Counted from the stretch's first letter, positions 8,865-17,205 are shown. The stretch is 17,720 bases of DNA from Promethearchaeati archaeon (GCA_013166835.1 JABLTI010000052.1:1-17720), one strand, 5' to 3'. Notes: generated from the letters alone by a model not told the origin. Numbers and translations are program-made.

Positions 8865-9299
8865 ATGAAAATATTCGATGCTCCAATTCTGCATAAAGTG
8901 TTAGTACGTGCACCTAGGGAAAAAGTCTATGATGCGATGACTACAACAGAAGGATTAGACGGTTGGTTTACTGAAGGGTCTTTTGTTGATCGTAAAGTAG
9001 GTGGAAAAATAATTTTTCGTTGGAAGAACTGGGGTGTAGATAAAGTTACTTCTGAAGCTGAATGCCCAATTATCGAAGTGAAAGTTCCAGAGCGTTTTGT
9101 TTTCAAATGGTGGGACGATCATTACACAACTGTTGAAATGGATTTCGAAGAAGTAAAAGAAGGAACAATTCTATCAGTTAAAGAACACGGGTATCAAGAT
9201 ACAAAAGAAGGTCACAGACGCTGCTTGGAATGCGCCACGGGCTGGGGTGAAGCTTTAACACTAATAAAATTCTATGTGGAACACGGACTAAGATACTAA
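8865..9299 (+). CDS. SRPBCC/AHA1-like (START fold) ligand-binding domain protein
   Basis: VRAPREKVYDAMTT.EGLDGWF, VGGKIIFRW, PERFVFKW, TTVEMDFEE..EGTILSVKEHGY, terminal helix GWGEALTLIK; GAGGT RBS. Confidence 0.9.
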   Translation: MKIFDAPILHKVLVRAPREKVYDAMTTTEGLDGWFTEGSFVDRKVGGKIIFRWKNWGVDKVTSEAECPIIEVKVPERFVFKWWDDHYTTVEMDFEEVKEGTILSVKEHGYQDTKEGHRRCLECATGWGEALTLIKFYVEHGLRY

Positions 9300-9302
9300 A
9301 AA

Positions 9303-9833
9303 TTACTTCATATACATTTGCCGTTCTTTCTTAGCCTTATCTTCAACTTTCTTGATGAATTTAGCTTTCCCCTTAGTATACGCTTCTCTATCATAACGAT
9401 ACTTTTTCACTAGTTCCACTTTTAATTTGTTATATTCCCTTGCTACTTCGGGATTTGCTCGTAAATAATCTCTAAATAAAATATGACGTACCCAGTATTC
9501 GCTATTAATATCAACAATATAAAGGTGAATCTTTGCCCCAATGGCATATTTATCCAAAGATTTTCTCTCGGGGAAATCTTCATGACGATCAGGATCAAAA
9601 ACATAACCAATGCTTGCGAGTAAAGGAATGCACTTCTCGGCATCTTCTTTTTCTTGAACACCAATCAAGATATCGATAATTGGTTTTCCTCCCATCTCAG
9701 GTATAGCAGTACTACCAATATGCTCAATTTTGGCAATTAAATGACCTAATGCTTTCTCAATCTTAGCTCTTTCTTCTAAGAAAAAATCAGGCCATTCGGG
9801 ATTGTATTTCTCCAAGATAATAGGTGAGCTCAT
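9303..9833 (-). CDS. GrpB (UPF0157) family nucleotidyltransferase-fold protein
   Basis: YNPEWP..F..E, IEHIGSTAIP, KPIIDI, HILFRDYLRANP, EYNKLK, YTKGKAKFI. Confidence 0.93.
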   Translation of the reverse strand: MSSPIILEKYNPEWPDFFLEERAKIEKALGHLIAKIEHIGSTAIPEMGGKPIIDILIGVQEKEDAEKCIPLLASIGYVFDPDRHEDFPERKSLDKYAIGAKIHLYIVDINSEYWVRHILFRDYLRANPEVAREYNKLKVELVKKYRYDREAYTKGKAKFIKKVEDKAKKERQMYMK

Positions 9834-9855
9834 AGATTAAACAAAATAAACCATC

Positions 9856-9911
9856 CTTTATCAAAGTTGTTTTACTATAATACTATTCAATGATTCTATT
9901 GTTTTTGATTA
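9856..9911 (+). repeat. Degenerate direct repeat, copy 1 (upstream of the UbiA gene)
   Basis: CTTTATCAAA...ATTGTTTTTGATTA; 37 of 50 ungapped identities to 10973-11022 by manual count. Confidence 0.45.
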
Positions 9912-9974
9912 TACTTTTTTATTTTGGCATTTTATTCAGTTATGTTTAATTAATTATTCAGCTCATGAAAATTC

Positions 9975-10949
9975 ATGAGTATATTTATTGGTGATGAGAC
10001 TACAACAGAGGATAAGCTTTCTTTTGTTGACAAATTAAAAGGATATGTTGATTTAACGAGAGCTCATTTTGCAATTGTCTGGCCTTTACTGTTTTGTGCT
10101 GGTGCAATGTTAGCTTTTAGAGAATACAGTGATTTTTCATGGTTACGTATTTTACATGTTGCAGGAATAGGTTTCTTTGGTTTTGAAGCAGGCATGGTAT
10201 TGAATGATATTTTAGATCGAGAAATAGATAATATTGAACCAGATGATACCATGACAAAATATTGGAGACCATTCAAGAAAAGACCCATACCTGAAGGAAT
10301 AGTTTCTATAAATGAAGCTATTATTCTATTCTGTGTTTTCATTGGAATAACAATCACTTTGATTGCATTCCTACCTTTTCCAAATCTTTTGTATGTTTAT
10401 GGTATAATGATTTATGCTTATTTGGTAGAGTCATTTTATAATATTAAGAAGCGAAATCAAAAGTTTCCATTCGCTCAAATTCTCGGAAGAACAGATTTAG
10501 CAATTTTTCCGGTAGCAGGATTCTTGTGTTATGGCGAATTAAACCTAGTTATTGTTGGTTTTATAGCATTCCTATATCCATGGGCTTTAGCACATTTAGC
10601 AGCAAATGATATTATTGATATAGAAAATGATAAAGCAAAAAATCTGAAAACAATAACTGTTCTTTATGGTGAAAATGGTACTATAAGTTGGATTTTTGCC
10701 ATGAGTGTTTTACATGGCATAACTACTATTGTCTTTCTTATTTTAGGCCAACTTGGTTATATTGCTTTAATTGGATTTTCAGTAGGATTCTTAGTGGTTA
10801 TCTCAGCGAATATTTTACTTTGTGTTAAGAAAACATCAAAAGCTAGATTATTCGCGTTACCTATGTATCACGGATCATTGTTTATCTATATTATATCAAT
10901 GATTATAGATTCAGTTATTTTACCAAGCAGTGCTTTAATTCCAATCTAA
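9975..10949 (+). CDS. UbiA-superfamily membrane prenyltransferase
   Basis: Asp-rich motifs NDILDREID and NDIIDIEND, RPIPEG, YN, KTITVLYG; multiple TM helices. Substrate (quinone, DGGGP or other) cannot be assigned. Confidence 0.9.
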   Translation: MSIFIGDETTTEDKLSFVDKLKGYVDLTRAHFAIVWPLLFCAGAMLAFREYSDFSWLRILHVAGIGFFGFEAGMVLNDILDREIDNIEPDDTMTKYWRPFKKRPIPEGIVSINEAIILFCVFIGITITLIAFLPFPNLLYVYGIMIYAYLVESFYNIKKRNQKFPFAQILGRTDLAIFPVAGFLCYGELNLVIVGFIAFLYPWALAHLAANDIIDIENDKAKNLKTITVLYGENGTISWIFAMSVLHGITTIVFLILGQLGYIALIGFSVGFLVVISANILLCVKKTSKARLFALPMYHGSLFIYIISMIIDSVILPSSALIPI

Positions 10950-10972
10950 CACTTAAGAGAAGTAATCATTGT

Positions 10973-11027
10973 CTTTATCAAATTTTTTTTATGTTAATAG
11001 AATTTCATTATCTGATTGTTTTGATTA
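10973..11027 (+). repeat. Degenerate direct repeat, copy 2 (downstream of the UbiA gene)
   Basis: CTTTATCAAA...ATTGTTTTGATTA, with the same 42-nt offset between the two blocks as in copy 1. Confidence 0.45.
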
Positions 11028-11100
11028 ATGCCTTTCAATTCACAATATGAAAGAATTAAAGTAATGGCAAATCTAACTAATTATTTGTTTGTGATATGAG

Positions 11101-12075
11101 ATGGATGTAATTGAATGGTTATTACGGTCAGAACCTTATGTTGAATACAATACTCGAATAAGTTTACTTGAGCAATTGGAAACTAATGATGAAGTTCAAC
11201 GGGCAAAAAAAAGAATGTTAGATGATAGCCGTATAAAAATTATATTAAAAGAATTAGAGGGCTGGCCAGGATATGCATTAAAAAGACATAATGATGCAAA
11301 ACATCTGATTCACAAACTTGCTTTTATCACTGATTTAGGGATTGATAAATCAAATTCTACACTTAAGCATGTTTCCGACCGAATTTTCAAACAACAATCT
11401 GATGAAGGAGCTTTTCAAATCATAGTTAATATTCCTACGCATTTTGGTGGAACGGGAGAGGATGAGTTATTATGGATGCTTTGTGATACTCCTATTATCT
11501 TATACTCGATGTTGAAGATGGGATGGCAGGATAATAAAAGAATTGATCAAGGAATAAATTATCTTAGAAGTTTAGTTAGAGAGAATGGATGGCCTTGCAC
11601 TAGTTCGCCAAAATTAGGAGGAAAATTCAAAGGACCTGGGAGGAGAAGTGATCCATGTCCTTATACAAATTTGATAGTGCTGAAAGCATTTGCCCAACAT
11701 AAGGAATTGATAAGAAGTAAAGAGAGCAAAATAGGTATAGATACATTGCTTTCGTTATGGGAGCAACGAAAACAAATCAAACCTTACTTATTTGGTATGG
11801 GTACTGATTTCAAGAAACTGAAAGCACCGCTCATCTGGTATGATATATTACATGTTACTGATGTATTATCAAGATTTGAGTGGATACACAAAGATGAACG
11901 ATTACTTGAGATGGTTGATATAATAATTGAAAAAGCAAATTCTGATGGAGTGTATACAGCAGAATCAGTTTGGAGAGCATTCAAGGAGTGGGATTTTGGA
12001 CAAAAAAGAGAATCATCTCCTTGGATAACACTTCTAGTTTACCAGATTCTGAAACGTTTAAAGAAATATCCTTAA
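11101..12075 (+). CDS. Uncharacterised alpha/alpha-toroid (prenyltransferase/squalene-oxidase-repeat-like) protein
   Basis: IEWLL..EPYVEY, QQSDEGAF, RENGWPC, GPGRRSDPCPYTNL, FKKLKAPLIWYDILHVTDVL, KANSDG and SPWITL match a widespread uncharacterised toroid family. No DxDD motif. Confidence 0.7.
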   Translation: MDVIEWLLRSEPYVEYNTRISLLEQLETNDEVQRAKKRMLDDSRIKIILKELEGWPGYALKRHNDAKHLIHKLAFITDLGIDKSNSTLKHVSDRIFKQQSDEGAFQIIVNIPTHFGGTGEDELLWMLCDTPIILYSMLKMGWQDNKRIDQGINYLRSLVRENGWPCTSSPKLGGKFKGPGRRSDPCPYTNLIVLKAFAQHKELIRSKESKIGIDTLLSLWEQRKQIKPYLFGMGTDFKKLKAPLIWYDILHVTDVLSRFEWIHKDERLLEMVDIIIEKANSDGVYTAESVWRAFKEWDFGQKRESSPWITLLVYQILKRLKKYP

Positions 12076-12123
12076 TGAAAGATTGTTTTCAGCAAAGTAT
12101 CGTTGAAGTTTTTCAATTACTTC

Positions 12124-13089
12124 TTATAGTTTTTTCATTACTAGTTTTGCAAAGTCTTTACTGTATTGAACTATTTTTTCATCAAATCCAGCAAACATTA
12201 ATTGATAAGAATCGAAACCCAAGGAATTCAAGTGTTCGAATCGCTCAATTATATCTTCAGGAAATCCGACCCAAGAGCCAGGTGCATCTTGCTTGATTCT
12301 TTCCTTTATTGCTTCCAATGGTCTCTTGTATCTTTCAGCAATTCCTTTCAAGTAGTTCTCAATTTCGTCTTCCGATTTCGAGACAAATATTGGTATCCCA
12401 ACTGCAAAAAGACTCTTACCGATCTCATCATAGTCTCTTCCAACCACTTTACAGTGAGCTTTTAGAATTTCTAAAGAGCGTTCTATTTTTGGTTTTAAAA
12501 TGAAATTACAATAATCAGCGTGTTTTGCAACCATTTTCAGGAGTACTTTTTCTCCCATTCCACCGATCATTATTGGTGGCCATGGTTTTTGGACTGGTTT
12601 AGGAGCTGAGAAAGCATCCTTAATTTGGTAATATTTTCCGTCATAGGTTACTTTTGGTTCCGTCCATAGCAGCTTGATGATTTCTATTGCTTCCTCCATT
12701 TGATATAATCTGTCCAACGTTGATGGAAACGGTATACCGTAAGCGTTATACTCCATTTCTTTCCATCCTGCACCGAATCCAAAGATGAGTCGTCCATTTG
12801 AAATCATGTCCACAGTTGCAGCCATTTTTGCTAAAACTGCTGGGTATCGATATGAATTACATGTAACTAAGGTCCCCAGTTTGATCTTCTTAGTAACCGC
12901 AGCTAAGGCAGAAATTAATGTCCATGCTTCCATGCAATTTCTATCTTCTGATTTATCATCTAAGAAGAAATGATCACTACTCCAAATGGAATCGTAACCA
13001 AATTTTTCTGCTTCTAAAGCAATTTTCTCAACCGTTTTATACTCAAAACCCATCTGTGGTTCTATTTGTATGCCAAATTTTACAGTCAT
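12124..13089 (-). CDS. LLM-class (luciferase-like) oxidoreductase, probably F420-dependent (Rv1855c/TIGR03560-like)
   Basis: GYDSIWSSDHF, EAWTLISALAAVT..IKLGTLVTCNSYRYPAVLAKMAATVDMISNGRL..G.GAGW...EY.AYG, PKPVQKP.PPIMIGG.GEK. Confidence 0.92.
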   Translation of the reverse strand: MTVKFGIQIEPQMGFEYKTVEKIALEAEKFGYDSIWSSDHFFLDDKSEDRNCMEAWTLISALAAVTKKIKLGTLVTCNSYRYPAVLAKMAATVDMISNGRLIFGFGAGWKEMEYNAYGIPFPSTLDRLYQMEEAIEIIKLLWTEPKVTYDGKYYQIKDAFSAPKPVQKPWPPIMIGGMGEKVLLKMVAKHADYCNFILKPKIERSLEILKAHCKVVGRDYDEIGKSLFAVGIPIFVSKSEDEIENYLKGIAERYKRPLEAIKERIKQDAPGSWVGFPEDIIERFEHLNSLGFDSYQLMFAGFDEKIVQYSKDFAKLVMKKL

Positions 13090-13192
13090 TTATTTTTCCC
13101 TATTTTACCTTTCATTCTCTAGTTATAGTTTTTTTGAATTATTTCAGTAGAAGCTCAAAAAGAATTTATTTCATAAACAAGTAATTTATATT

Positions 13193-14293
13193 ATGAAGCA
13201 GGATAAACAAGAAATTCGACCTCGTTTTCGAGATTTGGGATTTACTATTGGGGATTTGGAGATAGGTAATTTAAACTCCATAACAGATGTTCCAGGTGTA
13301 AAAGTCGGGCATTGTACAATCATTGAAGGTAATGGCAAATTAATTCCTGGAAAAGGACCTGTAAGAACTGGAGTAACAATTATACTTCCTCATGAGAAAA
13401 ATATTTACAGAGAAAAAGTCAGAGCAGGTTATTTTGTTTTAAATGGTTATGGAAAAACTACAGGATTAGTGCAAGTTCAAGAATTGGGTAGTATTGAATC
13501 GTTTATTGGTCTGACAAATACATTAAGCATACCAGCTGTTTCTGATGCATTAATTGATTTTCACATAGAGGAAAATCCGGACATTGGTATTTCAACTTCT
13601 TCGATTAATGTTGTTGTGGGAGAATGCAATGATGGCTTTCTAAATGACATGCAAGGAAGACATGTGAAGAAAGAACATGTTTTTCAAGCTATTGAGAATG
13701 CTACCAAAAATGTTGAAGAAGGTTGTGTTGGAGCAGGTACAGGTATGTGTTTGTTTGGATATAAGGGAGGAATTGGTACTGCTTCAAGAGTTGTTATAGA
13801 AAAAACTGTTAAGTATGTTGTAGGCGCTTTAGTTTTAACCAATTTTGGATCTAGAAAGGATTTAACCATCTCAGGAAAGAAGCTACATAAAGAAGTGAAG
13901 AAACAGGTTACGAAAACCCAGCATCATGGTTCTGTTATGGTGATTATTGCTACTGATGCTCCTCTTAATAATCGACAGCTTACTCGTCTAGCAAAAAGAG
14001 CTCCAATGGGTTTGGCGAGAACAGGAAGTTTTGCTTCTTGGGGTTCTGGAGATTTTATTATTACTTTTTCAACTGCAAACAGGATTAACCATGATGAAAC
14101 TGCTGCAACGATAAATATGTCAATTATAAATGAATCAACCAAATTATTCAGTGGTTTACTAAAAGCTGTAGTTGAAGCTACAGAGGAAGCAGTGTTAAAT
14201 TCATTGTGTAAAGCCACTTCAATGACAGGAAGAGATGATAATTGTGTGGAAGCTGTCTCAATTGAGAAAATTAAAGATTTATTGAAATCCTAA
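13193..14293 (+). CDS. dmpA: P1 family (S58) peptidase, DmpA-like L-aminopeptidase/D-esterase
   Basis: NSITDVPGVKVGH, VRTGVT, NGYGKTTG, VVGECNDGFLND, EEGCVGAGTGM, KGGIGTASR, autocleavage site G|SVMVIIATDAPL, GSGD. Confidence 0.92.
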   Translation: MKQDKQEIRPRFRDLGFTIGDLEIGNLNSITDVPGVKVGHCTIIEGNGKLIPGKGPVRTGVTIILPHEKNIYREKVRAGYFVLNGYGKTTGLVQVQELGSIESFIGLTNTLSIPAVSDALIDFHIEENPDIGISTSSINVVVGECNDGFLNDMQGRHVKKEHVFQAIENATKNVEEGCVGAGTGMCLFGYKGGIGTASRVVIEKTVKYVVGALVLTNFGSRKDLTISGKKLHKEVKKQVTKTQHHGSVMVIIATDAPLNNRQLTRLAKRAPMGLARTGSFASWGSGDFIITFSTANRINHDETAATINMSIINESTKLFSGLLKAVVEATEEAVLNSLCKATSMTGRDDNCVEAVSIEKIKDLLKS

Positions 14294-14296
14294 TGT

Positions 14297-15010
14297 CTAC
14301 TCTTCCACGACTTTTTGCAGTTTTCTAGCATTTGCTATATTGCTAACCAAATCACTTGGATTAGGGATCATTCCATCCCAACCAGTTTCTTCAACGAATT
14401 TAGTGAAGAATTCATGGAGTTCCTTAGATTCAAATGCAGCAACTTTTACAGGTGAATCCAAACCAGCTTCATAGTAAAGTCGAGAAAGTTTCTTCTTAAC
14501 ATAACCCATACGTGTTATATCTGAAAGTTTGACTAACTCGAGAATGAATTCTTCAGGGATATCTAATTGCTTTGAGAGTTCTTCGCGTTGTTTCTTTGTT
14601 TTCCCGTTTTCCAGCATTTGCTCTACGTTCTTGATTCCAATAGTAGCTAGTTTCATTACATAATTTTGATTGATTTTTAGAAATTCTTTAATCGGAAAGA
14701 TTCGTCTGGTCTTTTTTGTTCGATCATTTCGCAACGCATTAGCATGTGCCAGCATATCATTGTCTTTTAGAAAATGGAAGTAATTCATCAAAGTATATAG
14801 TGCTCCCTTCGCGGATTGTTTCTTCTGTTCGATCATATAAACATATGAATCGAGATCTTCCTTAGTAACATCAGCTAAGTCTTTGTTCATTTCTTTTCGT
14901 AAAAAGGAAGTGAAAATCTTGACTGATTCAATGTTCCTATCAACTACGTGAGGTTTTTTTCCACCTCGTTTCAAGTATTTTCGGAATCCTTCCTCATCCA
15001 TATTCATCAC
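14297..15010 (-). CDS. DUF4332 (helix-hairpin-helix) protein with N-terminal integrase core-binding/SAM-like helical domain
   Basis: The C-terminal KLATIGIKNVEQML...KQREELSKQLDIP..ILELVKLSDITR...LYYEAGLDS...P....IANARKL follows the DUF4332 pattern. The N-terminus FRKYLK...FTSFL..DLADVTKEDLDSYV...LMNYFHFL is integrase-SAM-like. Possible starts are GTG 15010, ATG 15007 or ATG 15001. Confidence 0.8.
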   Translation of the reverse strand: MMNMDEEGFRKYLKRGGKKPHVVDRNIESVKIFTSFLRKEMNKDLADVTKEDLDSYVYMIEQKKQSAKGALYTLMNYFHFLKDNDMLAHANALRNDRTKKTRRIFPIKEFLKINQNYVMKLATIGIKNVEQMLENGKTKKQREELSKQLDIPEEFILELVKLSDITRMGYVKKKLSRLYYEAGLDSPVKVAAFESKELHEFFTKFVEETGWDGMIPNPSDLVSNIANARKLQKVVEE

Positions 15011-15023
15011 ATATGATATTGTG

Positions 15024-15629
15024 TTATTTCTTTGGTTTCGTCAATATAAGAAATACTGATCCAAGAGCAATTAATCCTGAAGAGATTACAGGTGCTAACC
15101 ATCCAATACCAAATGTACTATAGGTAATTGTGAAATCTGTAAACAGAAATCCAGCATTTACTTGAATATATTGGGCGCATTCTACTTGGAAAGTTGTATT
15201 CCAATTATATATCATAAAACAACCAGTTAATCCTAAACCACCGCCAATTATTGCTAACAATGCACCGGCAATTCTAAGACCATTACTATATCCAAACATA
15301 GAGAGAAACATTCCTAATAATGCTAATCCCAGCCCTACAAATGAAAGATAAACAACAACATCATTGTGCGGTTCTACATCTATAAAGTAGTAATCCCAAC
15401 CATCCGTATCGACTTGATAAGAATAATCTATCGGATTTCCTACTAATTCTCCAATCGAAGTAACTTCTCCGTTTCCCCCAAAGCGAACATTGAAGGTCTG
15501 TATAAAATCTGTACCAGCTCCTTCATTTACATAATGAGCTTTAGTCATTATCACAGGTGTTGTTATATAAAGAACAATTCCAGCAATACCCACCAGCATT
15601 AATAAAATTGGCATTAATCTTAACTTCAT
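15024..15629 (-). CDS. Four-TM membrane protein with claudin/PMP22-like topology
   Basis: TM1, ~65-aa beta-rich loop, TM2, very short loop, TM3, ~30-aa loop, FGIGW, TM4, basic tail KPKK. The CDS is confident; the fold is inferred. Confidence 0.6.
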   Translation of the reverse strand: MKLRLMPILLMLVGIAGIVLYITTPVIMTKAHYVNEGAGTDFIQTFNVRFGGNGEVTSIGELVGNPIDYSYQVDTDGWDYYFIDVEPHNDVVVYLSFVGLGLALLGMFLSMFGYSNGLRIAGALLAIIGGGLGLTGCFMIYNWNTTFQVECAQYIQVNAGFLFTDFTITYSTFGIGWLAPVISSGLIALGSVFLILTKPKK

Positions 15630-15695
15630 TTTAACCCAACCCAGTGTTTTACTATAGATATGAACCCCCCTCAGAATTATTAAATTTTCTTTATC

Positions 15696-16673
15696 TTATT
15701 TTTCATTTATTACTTCTTTGGGCAGATGTATAGCAAAAGTACAGATATTATCTCCCTTTAAGACTGATTTAACAAGATCGACTTCTAAGGTTTGTTCAAA
15801 GATTCCCTCAAAAGGTACCTTATGCCATCCTCCGGAACAATTGCAAAAAGTATGGGAAACTTGTTCTTCTTCTGGTTTCTTCAAAGAATCTCTAACCCAA
15901 CCGCAATGACAATAATGGTAGCGTTTAGTTTTTTTATCTTCAGCTTCAATGAATTCTTTTATTTGATAGGGAATTTTTGAAACATAAACTATATTTCCCT
16001 CTCGTACTCCCGCTTCAATAGTGGAATCTGCTTCAACATACTTATACTCCAGAGAATCATATCCATATCGATCACCAATAATCTTTTTCCACTTCTCATG
16101 CAAGTGTTGTAAGACAACATCAATATTGCCTGCTTTCTCATACATTCGTTTCAATTTCTTAAAGGAAGGAGATTTTGGACTCTTAAAATGCAAATTATTA
16201 GTTAGAATTTTCTTGCAAGTTTTCTCATCCACGTTAGCTTCCAAGCAATCCATCATACACTTTGCCCAAACAGCTTTCTTCGCAGTTGTTGAGGAATGCT
16301 TGATAGGTCCGCCAGCTTCCATAATTTTAATTTGAAGATCTTCGCCTACAACTTCATCCAATGTTTCCTCTAGTCTAGAAAGCCAAGTTCCTCTACCTAA
16401 TAATCGATTTGCATTTGCAATTAAATTATGATTTTCTGTGGCTTTTCCGTAGCTCTTCATAGCTAAAAGAAATCTTTGCTTCACTTTCTTATCAGCTTTC
16501 CATTGCTTGAGAAATGCTTGCAAGTCCTTCAAGTATGATTTATCTATCCCGAGAGATTTCTTTTCATTTTTGAGATAAGCATCTATTTTTTTCACAAAAT
16601 CCACAAATGTTTCTATAGTATTTTCTTGTTTATTTTTTGATTTCATGAACTCTCTCAGTTTTTCTTCTTGCAT
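15696..16673 (-). CDS. DUF6144 (V4R/H-NOX-like, Cys-rich) protein with N-terminal integrase core-binding/SAM-like helical domain
   Basis: RYHYCHCGWVR, FCNCSGGW and VDLVKSVLKGDNICTFAIHLP follow the DUF6144 pattern. The N-terminal ~90 aa align with the N-terminus of the 14297-15010 product. Confidence 0.78.
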   Translation of the reverse strand: MQEEKLREFMKSKNKQENTIETFVDFVKKIDAYLKNEKKSLGIDKSYLKDLQAFLKQWKADKKVKQRFLLAMKSYGKATENHNLIANANRLLGRGTWLSRLEETLDEVVGEDLQIKIMEAGGPIKHSSTTAKKAVWAKCMMDCLEANVDEKTCKKILTNNLHFKSPKSPSFKKLKRMYEKAGNIDVVLQHLHEKWKKIIGDRYGYDSLEYKYVEADSTIEAGVREGNIVYVSKIPYQIKEFIEAEDKKTKRYHYCHCGWVRDSLKKPEEEQVSHTFCNCSGGWHKVPFEGIFEQTLEVDLVKSVLKGDNICTFAIHLPKEVINEK

Positions 16674-16683
16674 TTAATTCACT

Positions 16684-17187
16684 TCATTTTATAGGTATAT
16701 AAAAATCAATTTCGGATTCCTCATTATCTAAACCGAAGTAACGTTTTGCATCAAAAACTTGAATTTGGAATGAAAATGACTCCTCAAAATTGGATTCAGG
16801 CAACCATTCCTTATAGATAACATCATTAGCTTGTAAGTAGTTATTACCCTTCGATGTAAAAACAGCATATCGTGTTTTTGGCAAGATTTTATAGAACAAT
16901 TGTAGGGGCATTACTTCGAGATTTTCAACCTCTTTGCCAACAAAAACATACCATTTGTTTTCCTCCTTGGAAACTTCCGGATCAATATGAACTTCATAAG
17001 AAATATCGGGATCAACAAGATACTTCTGTATTTTTTTCTTGTTTTTCTGCATTAACTCGTCAAATTTCTTCCAGAGCTTACCAATTTCATTAGCTGTATC
17101 CCAGCCCTTTGCTGAATGAAAAGGATCCCCGTAAAAAACACAACCAATTAAATGAAGGTCTTTTTTGGAAATAATTTTTGGTTTCAT
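16684..17187 (-). CDS. Stand-alone GyrI-like / AraC effector-binding domain protein
   Basis: MKPKIISKKDLHLIG, EIGKLWKKF, YVFVGKEV, LPKTRYAVFT.KG, IYKEWLPES, SEIDFYIPIK. No HTH domain. Confidence 0.9.
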   Translation of the reverse strand: MKPKIISKKDLHLIGCVFYGDPFHSAKGWDTANEIGKLWKKFDELMQKNKKKIQKYLVDPDISYEVHIDPEVSKEENKWYVFVGKEVENLEVMPLQLFYKILPKTRYAVFTSKGNNYLQANDVIYKEWLPESNFEESFSFQIQVFDAKRYFGLDNEESEIDFYIPIK

Positions 17188-17205
17188 ATTACCATATTCA
17201 CATGG

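Noticed and set aside
5910-12075. Squalene-hopene or oxidosqualene cyclase call for the QW-motif proteins
   Set aside because: No DxDD/DCTAE catalytic motif, and each appears to have a single toroid domain.
9868-15656. Shared 12-mer TGTTTTACTATA at 9868-9879 and 15645-15656, upstream of two minus-strand genes
   Set aside because: AT-rich, only two copies and at different distances from the start codons, so compatible with chance.
14297-16673. Active integrase or prophage/mobile element
   Set aside because: Only the core-binding-like domain is present. There is no catalytic R-H-R-Y domain, no att-like site at a tRNA and no phage or transposase gene.
6641-17093. Remaining short ORFs overlapping the called genes (e.g. 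6641-6913, 9443-9664, 10064-10357, 11784-11984, 11970-13184 group, 13684-14217, 15718-16335, 16872-17093)
   Set aside because: All lie within or opposite well-supported longer genes and show no independent coding signal.
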